Of a DNA stretch of 64,000 nucleotides, positions 12,943 to 25,150 are shown piece by piece. The stretch spans positions 1-64,000 of the forward strand of contig NIVC01001730.1 in the NCBI GenBank assembly GCA_002269645.1, written 5' to 3'. Source of the stretch: Macrostomum lignano. Its lineage: Eukaryota. The position numbers and the translations under genes were made by a program. Below the pieces are notes generated by a model. That model worked only from the letters and a program-made list of their open reading frames with translations. It was not told the DNA's origin and did not search any database. Each line of letters begins with the position of its first letter. Position 1 is the stretch's first letter.

Positions 12943-13424
12943 AGAAAGAAAGGATGTCTTTCAATGCTTTCCGATTGAAAAACTCCGCGATCCGCCAAGA
13001 TCAAGCGCCAGTCTAAATAAGCACTCTAGGCTGGAGAGGGAGCTGAGTAAGCAATGAGGATGAATTGAGGCAGTGGGAGAAGTGGAAACAGGAAGAGTTG
13101 GGTGCAGGCCAGAGAGGGCCCTGGGCGGTCATTAACATTGCCCCACACTGGCTCGCAAATCAGTGCAGAGAAGCGAAACGCGAACGGCTTCCGTCCAAAG
13201 ACTTGTGTAGTTCACCCGACTCCGAGCAGGGGGGAAGGGTTTTTATTCGCCGACTTCAGATCTTATCGGAATTCAAGTGCGAAGCCGTTTTGAACGAGTT
13301 TTCCCAAAAAAGAACGGAAAAGCAAGCCGTGCTGCATGGACGGAACGAACAGCCCTTGCTTGGGTCCTTGAAAAGGAGCTGCGCCTTCAAGTTGTCCCAT
13401 CGCTTCACACCACAGATCACGCTA

Positions 13425-14295
13425 TCCCGCTCCATTCCATCCGATCCCATCCCACCGGATCGCATCTGATCCCATCCCATCCGATCCCATCCCACCGGAT
13501 CGCATCTGATCCCATCCCATCCGATCCCATCCCACCGGATCGCATCTGATCCCATCCCATCCGATCTGATCCCATTCCATCCCATCCCATCCCATCTACA
13601 TTACATCCCATCCAATCCCATCCCATCCCATCCGATCCCATCTCATTACATCCCATCCCATCCCATCCCATCCCATCCCATCCCATCCCATCCCATCCCA
13701 TCCCATCCCATCCCATCCCATCCCATCCCATCCCATCCCATCCCATCCCATCCCATCCCATCCCATCCCATCTCATTACATCCCATCCAATCCCATCCCA
13801 TCCCATCCCATCCCATCCCATCTCATTACATCCCATCCAATCCCATCCCATCCCATCCCATCCCATCCCATCCCATCCCATCCCATCCCATCCCATCTCA
13901 TTACATCCCATCCAATCCCATCCCATCCCATCCCATCCTATCCCATCCCATCCCATCCCATCCCATCCCATCTCATTACATCCCATCCAATCCCATCCCA
14001 TACGATCCCATCCCATCCGATCCCATCCTATACGAACCCATCCCATCCCATCCCATCCCATCCCATCCCATCCGATCCCATCCTATACGAACCCATTACA
14101 TCCCATCCAATCCCATCCCATCCCATCCCATCTGATCCCATCTCATTACATCCCATCCAATCCCATCCCATCCCATCCCACCCCATCCCATCCCATCCCA
14201 TCTCATCCCATTCCATTCCATCCCATCCCATCCCATCCCATCCGATCCCATCTCATTACATCCCATCCAATTCCATCCGATGCCATCCCATCTCA
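13425..14295. repeat. (CCCAT)n pentanucleotide array
   Basis: Direct reading; the minus strand is (ATGGG)n. Confidence 0.95.
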
Positions 14296-15070
14296 TCAGT
14301 AAACATGAGAAGTTTAGTTTGCAATTATAGTATCATTCATTCATGTCTCGATTTCCAAGTAAATCAATAATTTCAAACGCGTTTATTGATGAATTTGTGT
14401 ACTCTAAACAAATATTTACAACTATAAAGCCCCACTGCACAGAACCCAGAACCAAAACACATGCAAAGGACAAGCCTGGGAGACTACAGGATTTAGGAGA
14501 GAACATCAATATGTGCTCAAAGAAAAAATCGATATTCCAGCAGTGCAATCGCCTAGTTACTCATAAAGTTCACCCGACCCAGATCAGCTGACAGTTGTGG
14601 AAATCAAATCCATGTTCGAATAATCGATTTCGGCATTAGTGCATAAGCAGCGTGTACAAGAATTGCGCCTTGGTACAATAATAAGTAATATCAACTGAGC
14701 ATATTGACCTAACTGATACTTATTTTATACAGTACAATTATTAATATAAACAGAAAAATCGAAATTCAAATTCGTGCCATTAATGGGCATTTTTAAACAA
14801 ACAATATTTAATTTTAAGCTGTCCATTTTGGCGCGAATTTGAATTCGATTAATCAAAGCCATTTCTTGGAAAGATTGCACTAATCTATATACAGCCCATA
14901 ATAATTATTAATAACAAATTAACTGAAGAACTAACAAGAGAGAAATCATTGAGCTACTAACTTGATAATTTTGTCTCTTAAAATGTGTCATTTCGCTTTG
15001 CTTCATAAAAATTGGGGCAGCAAGCTAGCAGGAAAGCGCCAAATCTGATTGATAATTTTGTCATTTTGGA

Positions 15071-15412
15071 TCAAATCATCGTGCCAGCCGATGCCGCTGT
15101 GTCCGGCTGTCTCGCCAGCCGGCGCCCGCTACTGCCGCTGCCAGATCCGGCGCTGCGGCTGGCAACTGAGGCTGGCACGGTGAACGTTCCCATCGGGGGA
15201 TGGTGCGACTGATGATGATGCTGCTGCTGCTGCTGCTGCTGCTGGGCGGTTTTGACATCTTCCACGGAGCCGCCGCGGCCGGAGTCGTGAATGCTCGGAG
15301 CGTCCTCTTCGTCTGATCGGCGGCGCTCGTGCTGGGGCTGGTGCTGCTGGTGGTACTGGCGGCTGGCCACCATGGGCACGTCCGACTGGCTGGGATAGAC
15401 TTGCAGGCCCGG
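15071..15412 (-). CDS. Pcdh: Protocadherin terminal exon (cytoplasmic tail PGLQVYP...DSGRGGS...MGTFTV...GTMI*)
   Basis: Acceptor aatttccacattccAG|CCG in phase 0 matches the donor at 33480. Contains DSGRGGS, similar to the DSG(K/H)GDS conserved motif of delta-protocadherins, plus poly-Gln/His. Stop at 15073-15071. Intermediate exons in the 18-kb intron cannot be excluded. Confidence 0.8.
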   Translation of the reverse strand, partial: PGLQVYPSQSDVPMVASRQYHQQHQPQHERRRSDEEDAPSIHDSGRGGSVEDVKTAQQQQQQQQHHHQSHHPPMGTFTVPASVASRSAGSGSGSSGRRLARQPDTAASAGTMI

Positions 15413-15480
15413 CTGGAATGTGGAAATTATTAGAGTGGAGGGTTTATTTAATAAGACTGGTCGGATGAATCGGTTGAAAT

Positions 15481-15940
15481 GGATGTACATTGGCGTGGCT
15501 TGAGTGTACTTTGCGGAGTGAGGTTGGCGAGCCACTTAAACAAGGGAAGAAGAGATTTATTCTAAATCTCAATAGGGGGGGGGGTGTCGCCTATGTACAT
15601 TGCGGAGTGGGGTTGGCTTCTTTAGGCATGGAAAGCATCAGAATGAATGGGGTTGTGTCGCTGTGTACTTTGCGGAGTGAGGTTGGCTAGCCAGTTGAAC
15701 AACAAAGGGAGACGAGATTCATTTTAAATCTCGATGGGGGTTGTCGCCTATGCACATTGTGGAGTGAGGTTGGTGCCCTTAATTTAGGCGTGGGAAGCAT
15801 TTCAGATAATAATTAATGGGGTTGTGTCGCTGTGTACTTTGCGGAGTGAGGTTGGCTAGCCAGTTGAAAAAGGGAGACGAGATTCATTGTAAATCTCTAT
15901 GGGGGTTGTCGCCTATATACATTGCGGAGTGGGATCGGCC
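15481..15940. repeat. Higher-order dimeric repeat: about 40-bp core alternating with two spacer types
   Basis: Core GGGGTTGT(GT)CGC...TAC(A/T)TTGCGGAGTG(A/G)GGTTGG occurs six times (the first copy partial), with spacers A-B-A-B-A. Confidence 0.85.
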
Positions 15941-17236
15941 AGGGTATTTTTAGATTAATTTTGCCTACAGCCTCAATAGACATTGTCTTTTTTCAGAGAA
16001 ATTACCTGTTTCTTAGCAGCATTTAAAATTCGCTGGTTAACTAATGAACATGGCTTGTAACGTCAAAACTATCCAACTGCTTCTGCAGAAAGCCTATGAT
16101 TTTTTGTATTATCCTGACAGTTAGGATTTTTGCCCTTTGCTGAAGCAACACAATGGGCGAGAATTTCCTTATTTCAGTTTGTTGCGCATTGAAAATTTAT
16201 TATGGGGGCGAGGTAGAAACTTCAGCGCTACATGGTTGAAGCGATTCATTCCTGTCAGCACCCTGATGCTCACCTTCGGGGGGGGGGGGGCACAGGCCTG
16301 CAGAATGGCGAAGCAAGCAATAGAAAAATAGGCAGGGCCGAAACAGGTACTGTATGACGAACACAAACCTGTCTGCCCCTGTAGCTGTCGCTATGAATTA
16401 TCCCCATCGCTAATAACCGACCGAACAGAGCGTGTAGGTACGAGTAACTCCCCGCTCGTCAGCTTCTTTTCTCCCGACTGCCCCCACCAGCCCTCCTCTA
16501 TTTCTCCTGCAGGTGATTACGCAATCGAATAATGCACCAGATCCCATCATCCTTTTTGGCTGACAAAAGGCTTACCAAGGTAGATGAGGGGATGAGGAGC
16601 CCCCCTCTCTCTCTCTGTCTCTCTTTGAACCGCTTCTGGCTTTTAAAATATTAAGTTAGCTGGGTATCATTTTAATGCGCACAATAAAAATGATATTTTC
16701 AATTAATTTTTATGCCTTTCTCCCAGTATTCGGGAAGATTAGTTGCAGAGAATTCTTACCAGGATAAAGAAGCAGTACTAATCTTATAACAGTAATTCAA
16801 TCGGACACCAGGCTACTATTTTTTTTGAAAGGTGGCCCCCGCTACAAAGGCGGCTAAACGAACTTTCCCTCTCCTGTCTCTCTCGGGGGTGAATAATTCA
16901 ATTTGACAGAAATATGGAGACTCTGGGGCTCTTAGGATCAAAGGTGGTCTGTCTGCTTAGGTTCACTGGGTAACTTAATTTTCAGCACCTACCTCTCTCA
17001 CTCTCTCTCTCTCTCTACGTGTGTGTAAGAGTCTAATTGATTGGTTGTAGACTCTCTTCATTTAGATGAAGCTTAGTTGCGAAGTGAGTATATATGTTAT
17101 ATTTTAGACTCTCTTGTAGACTAGGTGCATGGAATTATGAGCTAAACTTCACTCACACTTAGCCTTTGTGTGACAGAGTGAAATACGAAAACTGATGGAG
17201 ATATGGAGTGAATAAAGAGATAAAAGGAATAGAACA

Positions 17237-18530
17237 GGGAAGAGAGGAGAGAATAGGAGAGGAGAGGAGAGGAGAGGAGAGGAGAGGAGGAGGAATGGAG
17301 AGGAGAGGAGAGGAGGAGGAGAGGAGAGGAGAGGAGAGGAGAAGAGAGGAGAGGAGAGGAGAGGAGAAGAGAGGAGAGGAGAGGAGAGGAGAGGAGAGGA
17401 GAAGAGAGGAGAGGAGAGGAGAGGAGAGGAGAGGAGAGGAGAGGAGAGGAGAGGAGAGAGAGGAGAGGAGAGGAGAGGAGAGGAGAGGAGAGGAGAGGAG
17501 AGGAGAGGAGAAGAGAGGAGAGGAGAGGAGAGGAGAGGAGAGAAGAGAGGAGAGGAGAGGAGAAGAGAGGAGAGGAGAGGAGATGAGAGGAGAGGAGAGG
17601 AGAGGAGAGGAGAAGAGAGAAGAGAGGAGAGGAGAGGAGAAGAGAGGAGAGGAGAGGAGAGGAGAGGAGAAGAGAGGAGAGGAGAGAGAAGAGAGGAGAG
17701 GAGAGGAGAGGAGAGGAGAGGAGAGGAGAGGAGAGAAGAGAGGAGAGGAGAGGAGAAGAGAGAAGAGAGGAGAGGAGAGGAGAAGAGAGGAGAGGAGAGG
17801 AGAGAGGAGAGGAGAGGAGGAGAGGAGAGAGAGAGAGAGAGGAGAGGAGAGGAGAGGAGAGGAGAGGAGAGGAGAGGAGAGGAGAGGAGAGAGAGAGGAG
17901 AGAGAGAGAGAGGAGAGGAGAGAGAGAGGAGAAGAGAGAGAGGAGAGGAGAAGAGAGGAGAGGAGAGGAGAGGAGAGGAGAGGAGAGAGGAGAGGAGAGG
18001 AGAGGAGAGGAGAGGAGAGGAGAGAGAGAGAGAGGGAGAGGAGAGGAGAGGAGAGGAGAGGAGAGGAAAGGAGAGGAGAGGAGAGGAGAGGAGAGAAGAG
18101 GAGAGGAGAGGAGAGGAGAGGAGAGGAGAGGAGAGGAGAGGAGAGGAGAGGAGAGGAGAGGAGAGGAGAGGAGAGGAGAGGAGAGGAGAGAAGAGAGGAG
18201 AGGAGAGGAGAAGAGAGGAGAGGAGAGGAGAGGAGAAGAGAGGAGAGGAGAGGAGAGTAGAGGAGAGGAGAGGAGAGGAGAGGAGAGGAGAGGAGAGGAG
18301 AGGAGAGGAGAGAAGAGAAGAGGAGAGGAGAGGAGAGGAGAGGAGAGGAGAGGAGAGGAGAGGAGAGGAGAGGAGAGGAGAGGAGAGGAGAGGAGAGGAG
18401 AGGAGAGGAGAGAAGAGAAGAGGAGAGGAGAGGAGAGGAGAGGAGAGGAGAGGAGAGGAGAGGAGAGGAGAGGAGAGGAAAGGAGAGGAGAGGAAAGGAG
18501 AGGAGAGGAAAGGAGAGGAGAGAAGAGGAG
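17237..18530. repeat. (AGGAG)n pentanucleotide array
   Basis: Direct reading. Confidence 0.95.
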
Positions 18531-19137
18531 ATTAGATCGCTAATATCATTCATCAAGCAACAGCGGATCATTATCGAGTCAAGGCTACTCCGCCTACAAT
18601 CCTGTCTCCCCTCTTTCCCCCTTCAATATCGCTTTCCAAAACGATCCAAAAACGACCGAAATTCTTTCGTAGTGTTCGGAGGAAGCGCGGGCAAGAACAG
18701 ACACGCTGAGGGGAGGGGGGAGGGTCCGCGCCAGCAGCTCCTCCCCTCCCTGGCTTGAACAACTGGCATCTGGCATTCCGCCGCCATTGTTTGCCTCCTC
18801 TCGCTCGTTCCTATTGACAGGCTCGTGTAGCTTCTTAGTAGCTTGTAGAAGGCGGAGCCGCGGGGAGACGGGAGAGGAGAGGAGAAGTGAGAGTTGGCAG
18901 CGGCGTCACTGGGCGCGCCGCCGTGTCACTGCCTAGAGGCGGGGGGCGGGTCCGGCAGCCGCTCCCAGTTATGAAATATAAAAATGAAGAAAAAGAGTCT
19001 CCCGATTGCAGTGAACAATTGATCACGATAAATACAAACACGCACTGCCAGGACCGGCTGTTCACACGGCTATGCTTTCTCTCCCGTGTCTGTTTGGTTG
19101 GCTAAAGGCTTTGCTTGGCATAGCGGCTTTTGCTGGC

Positions 19138-19680
19138 CCTCTCTTCCGCTCCTCTTTTCCGCTCCTCTCTTCCGCTCCTCTCTTCCGCTCCTCTCTTCCG
19201 CTCCTCTCTTCCGCTCCTCTCTTCCGCTCCTCTCTTCCGCTCCTCTCTTCCGCTCCTCTCTTCCGCTCCTCTCTTCCGCTCCTCTCTTCCGCTCCTCTCT
19301 TCCGCTCCTCTCTTCCGCTCCTCTCTTCCGCTCCTCTCTTCCGCTCCTCTCTTCCGCTCCTCTCTTCCGCTCCTCTCTTCCGCTCCTCTCTTCCGCTCCT
19401 CTCTTCCGCTCCTCTCTTCCGCTCCTCTCTTCCGCTCCTCTCTTCCGCTCCTCTCTTCCGCTCCTCTCTTCCGCTCCTCTCTTCCGCTCCTCTCTTCCGC
19501 TCCTCTCTTCCGCTCCTCTCTTCCGCTCCTCTCTTCCGCTCCTCTCTTCCGCTCCTCTCTTCCGCTCCTCTCTTCCGCTCCTCTCTTCCGCTCCTCTCTT
19601 CCGCTCCTCTCTTCCGCTCCTCTCTTCCGCTCCTCTCTTCCGCTCCTCTCTTCCGCTCCTCTCTTCCGCTCCTTTTTCCC
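19138..19680. repeat. 13-bp minisatellite CTCTTCCGCTCCT
   Basis: Nearly perfect array. Confidence 0.95.
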
Positions 19681-20326
19681 CGCTCTCCTATTCTTGATAT
19701 TTTCAGTTTCCAGTTCCGTCCTCCTTTCGTCCTCTCTCAAACTGAAACCAAATATGATATACCTGACTCACTGGCAACCCGTTCCTCTCTCATCCCCCAT
19801 CCGCCCCATCCGCACCAGTAGTTTCCCCAGCGGCTCGCAGATATTCCAGTTCTATGCGTTTAAAATTCAGCCTCCAATCTAAAGCAAAACAACAGCAACT
19901 TTTTTTTTCTGAACAAAAAAACCACAAAGACAGTAGCAAACGAATACAATGACAGGCTTCCATTGGGAATAGAAACAGAAAGCATCCATTGGAAAAACTA
20001 ATACCATGTGTGCCTCTAAACAACGGAACTCTCCTTCAACCGTAACAACAACGCTAAGCATGTTTGAGTTCGGTACTCAACTAGAAGAAAAAAACAACTG
20101 CTCAATCATGCAGCAAATGAATTGCCTTTGTATGGAAAAAAATGTATTGTTTCCTTCAATAGAATCATGGGTTAAGACCATCTATTGTTGGGATAACTGT
20201 GTATGTGATGAATGCTTGAGCATTGCACCTGTTGCTTCTGCCATGCTGCTTGACGGTTGGGTTGCCTTCTGATTGACGGACTGACTACTCAGGTAATAGG
20301 CATTCACGTCATATTTTACTCGAAAG

Positions 20327-22479
20327 CAGTCATAGTCTACTCAGACACAAGTAGTCATAGATTACTCAGACACAAGCAGTCATAGACTACTCAGACACAA
20401 GCAGTCATAGACTACTTATAGACACGAACAGTCATAGACTACTCATAGACAGACAGTCATAGACTACTCATAGACACAAACAGTCATAGACTACTCATAG
20501 ACAGACAGTCATAGACTACTCATAGACACAAACAGTCATAGACTACTCATAGACAGACAGTCATAGACTACTCATAGACACGAACAGTCATAGACTACTC
20601 ATAGACAGACAGTCATAGCCTACTCATAGACACGAACAGTCATAGACTACTCATAGACAGACAATCATAGCCTACTCATAGACACGAACAGTCATAGACT
20701 ACTCATAGACACGAACAGTCATAGACTACTCATAGACACGAACAGTCATAGCCTACTCATAGACAGACAGTCATAGACTACTCATAGACAGACAGTCATA
20801 GCCTACTCATAGACACGAACAGTCATAGACTACTTATAGACACAAACAGTCATAGACTACTCATAGACACGAACAGTCATAGACTACTCATAGACAGACA
20901 GTCATAGACTACTCATAGACAGACAGTCATAGACTACTCATAGACAGACAGTCATAGACTACTCATAGACAGACAGTCATAGACTACTCATAGACAGACA
21001 GTCATAGACTACTTATAGACACGAACAGTCATAGACTACTCATAGACACGAACAGTCATAGACTACTCATAGACAGACAGTCATAGACTACTCATAGACA
21101 CGAACAGTCATAGACTACTCATAGACACGAACAGTCATAGCCTACTCATAGACAGACAGTCATAGACTACTCATAGACAGACAGTCATAGCCTACTCATA
21201 GACACGAACAGTCATAGACTACTTATAGACACAAACAGTCATAGACTACTCATAGACACGAACAGTCATAGACTACTCATAGACAGACAGTCATAGCCTA
21301 CTCATAGAGACGAACAGTCATAGACTACTCATAGACAGACAGTCATAGACTACTCATAGACACGAACAGTCATAGACTACTCATAGACAGACAGTCATAG
21401 CCTACTCATAGACACGAACAGTCATAGACTACTCATAGACAGACAATCATAGCCTACTCATAGACACGAACAGTCATAGACTACTCATAGACACGAACAG
21501 TCATAGACTACTCATAGACACGAACAGTCATAGACTACTCATAGACAGACAGTCATAGACTACTCATAGACAGACAGTCATAGACTACTCATAGACAGAC
21601 AGTCATAGACTACTCATAGACAGACAGTCATAGACTACTCATAGACAGACAGTCATAGACTACTTATAGACACGAACAGTCATAGACTACTCATAGACAC
21701 GAACAGTCATAGACTACTCATAGACAGACAGTCATAGACTACTCATAGACACGAACAGTCATAGACTACTCATAGACACGAACAGTCATAGCCTACTCAT
21801 AGACAGACAGTCATAGACTACTCATAGACAGACAGTCATAGCCTACTCATAGACACGAACAGTCATAGACTACTTATAGACACAAACAGTCATAGACTAC
21901 TCATAGACACGAACAGTCATAGACTACTCATAGACAGACAGTCATAGCCTACTCATAGAGACGAACAGTCATAGACTACTCATAGACAGACAGTCATAGA
22001 CTACTCATAGACACGAACAGTCATAGACTACTCATAGACAGACAGTCATAGCCTACTCATAGACACGAACAGTCATAGACTACTCATAGACAGACAATCA
22101 TAGCCTACTCATAGACACGAACAGTCATAGACTACTCATAGACACGAACAGTCATAGACTACTCATAGACACGAACAGTCATAGCCTACTCATAGACAGA
22201 CAGTCATAGACTACTCATAGACAGACAGTCATAGCCTACTCATAGACACGAACAGTAATAGACTACTTATAGACACAAACAGTCATAGACTACTCATAGA
22301 CACGAACAGTCATAGACTACTCATAGACAGACAGTCATAGCCTACTCATAGAGACGAACAGTCATAGACTACTCATAGACAGACAGTCATAGCCTACTCA
22401 TAGACACGAACAGTCATAGACTACTCATAGACAGACAGTCATAGCCTACTCATAGACACGAACAGTCATAGACTACTCA
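20327..22479. repeat. 25/27-bp minisatellite CAGTCATAGACTACTCATAGACA(GA/CGAA)
   Basis: Direct reading; diagnostic variants recur 651 nt apart. Confidence 0.95.
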
Positions 22480-23469
22480 AAATACAGACCACCAGTATAG
22501 CAAGCAGCATTAGCAATGATAAACTAATGCAGGGCACTCACCCTAGGAGATGTACAGCCGAGCTGTCTAATGCAAGCTGTGCCCATCTGATCCATAGGCA
22601 GCAGCAGAGAGCTGTTGCAGTCAGGAACGAACAGTGGCCTGTACATCTGGGTGGATAATTACAGGTGATAGAATTTTAATTATTAATTGAGCAGCAACTT
22701 TTCTCGTAAGAAAGAGTTGTTATAAATATTGATTCTTTTTTCATGTAAATAGCAAAAGTTGAGTCACCGACCCCCACAGCTGCGATGCAATAATGGATTC
22801 TGAAGTATCGCAGTGGTGAATCTACAACCCACTTGAAGCGGGACGTGGAGGCGTGCAAGATGAGGTAGGGGGAGAAAGTGTGCTGAACCCACACGCCCTC
22901 CAAAGCTGGGGATTTGAGGATCCGTGAGGCGATTTCATTCATTCATCGGCGCTTTTGAAGACCAAACCTGGGAGGTTGAAAGGGGTCAAGGCGGAGCTAT
23001 GCTCACCGCTCCCCTCTACGACTAAAACTAGCATTTCTGTGTGAACAAAAGATCGTGCCAGTGCCAAAAGAATTAAATGCTTTTTTTCTCTTAAAATGAA
23101 AAGCATCACATTCTCCTTTTTTGAGCATCCCGTGTGCCGACACAGCGTGAGCACTCGTTACATTCATTCAGAGTCTCTCAGACACCCGCTGTGATTGAGA
23201 CGACACGAAGGAGCGACCACCCCTACCCCCACCTGAGCGGGTGAGTAATGATGGCCCCTAAGTGAGCTGAGCAGCCTGTATACATGCGGTAGACAAGCTG
23301 TAATTAGATGTCGGCCCATGCCTTGTGTGACAAAAGGGTAATTTATTTATTTTCAAGATCTTGTTTGTGTGCTTTTCTCACTGACATAATTTTTTTCTCA
23401 AGCCAACCTTTCTGAAATGCGTGTTTTGTTTCTGATAAATTAATTGACTGTGAGTACTGCTCACCACCT

Positions 23470-24190
23470 CTGCCTCTCCTGTTCTCTCTCCTCTCTACTT
23501 TCTCCTCTCTCCTCTCTCCTTTCTCCCTCTCTCCTCTCCTCTCTCCTTTATCCCCTCTCCTCTCCTCTCTCTACTCTCTTCTTTATCCCCTCTCCTCTCC
23601 CCTCTCTACTCTCCTCTCTCCTCTCTCTCCCACTCTCCTCCCTCCTCTCTCCTCTCTCCTCTCTCCTCTCTTCTCTCCCCTCTCTCCTCTTCCCTCTCTC
23701 CTCTCTCCTCTCTCCTCTCTTCTCTCTCCTCTCTCCTCTTCCCTCTCTCCTCTCTCCTCTCTCCTCTCTCCTCTTTCCTCTCTCCTCTCTCCTCTCTCCT
23801 CTTTCCTCTCTCCTCTCTCCTCTCTCCTCTTTCCTCTCTCCTCTCTCCTCTCTCCTCTCTCCTCTCTCCTCTTCCCTCTCTCCTCTCTCCTCTCTCCTCT
23901 CTCCTCTTTCCTCTCTCCTCTCCTCTCTTTTCTCCCCTCTCTCCTCTCTCCCTCTCTCCTCTCCTCTCCCCCCTCTCCTCTCTCCTCTCTTCTCTCTCCC
24001 TCTCTCCGCTCCTCTCTCCTCTCTCCCTCTTTTCGCTACTCTCTCCTCTTTGCTCTCTCCCTTTTCTCTCCTCTCTCCTCTCTCCTCTCTCCTCTCCCCT
24101 CCGTACCCTTTCTCTTCTCTCCTCTCTCTCTTCTCTTCTCTCTCTCCTCTCTTCCTTCTCTCCTCTCTCCTCTCTCCTCTCCCCTCTATT
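23470..24190. repeat. CT-rich polypyrimidine low-complexity array
   Basis: CTCTCCT units. Confidence 0.95.
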
Positions 24191-24904
24191 TTTTCTCTGT
24201 TATGTCGACACTTTCTCATTCGTGAAATTTGATCACTTGTTTGCTTTCATTAATTTTCATCTCATTTCTCACTAAAGAGTGGGCAATAGATGTACTAAAT
24301 TATGATACTAGCAAACTTCTGTTGTTAGCAGGCTAAAATTTAGTTCACGCGCAGCTCTCTGTCTCCCTGAAAAATTTATTGCAGAAAGCAAATTCTTGGC
24401 AGCAGCAGCAACAGCAGCAAGTTAATTAGCTCCAGCAGCTAAGAAAAAGAGTGAAAGGTGTCAAATTATCGAGCTCATAACGATTGATTTGTCAGCGCAG
24501 CCCTCGGGGGTGTCGTGTGGCGGAGGGCTCGGCTCTGGGAGGGATCGAGGCTGTCAGTCAGAGTGAGGTTTTACGCTCGAATTGCGGCTGCAGCGGCTGA
24601 TGAAGCGGAATCCAGCCTCAGCTGATTTGGTTCTATGTGTGTGAGGTGAGGCTGGGCACATTCCTCTGCTGGCGATGGAGGGAGAGAAAGGGAGACGGGG
24701 GACATGGTGGGGGGGCACAGCTGCCTCACGGGTCAGTGAGGCCAGAATTTATTTATATTTTTATTTGTTGCCTAATAATACAAGCTAATAAAAAATATGA
24801 ATCTATTTATATGGTTGTACTGACTGTTGGCAATTGTCGGATTAAAAAAAACTTAATTTTGATGCATTTTTTCAAAGATTTTTACTATTTAGTTTTAGGA
24901 GCTT

Positions 24905-25150
24905 TCGTTTGATTTTAAAAGCTACCAGATGGGTTTAAAAGCTTCCAGAAGAGTTTAAAAGCTACCAGACGCAGTTTAAAAGCTACCAGACCAGTTTAAA
25001 AGCTACCAGGTGGGTTTTATAAGCTACCAGATGGGTTTGAAAGCTACCAGATAGGCTTTAGCTCGTAAGAGCTACCAAATGAGTTTAAAAGCTACCAAAT
25101 GAGTTTAAAAGTTACCAAATGAGTTTAAAAGCAAAAATATGGGTTTAAAA
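24905..25150. repeat. Degenerate ~21-bp minisatellite TTTAAAAGCTACCAGATGGG
   Basis: Recurrent TTTAAAAGCTACCA core. Confidence 0.8.

Noticed and set aside
15481-15940. CRISPR-like repeat-spacer appearance
   Set aside because: The spacers recur (A-B-A-B-A), the cores are diverged, there are no cas genes and the context is a eukaryotic intron.
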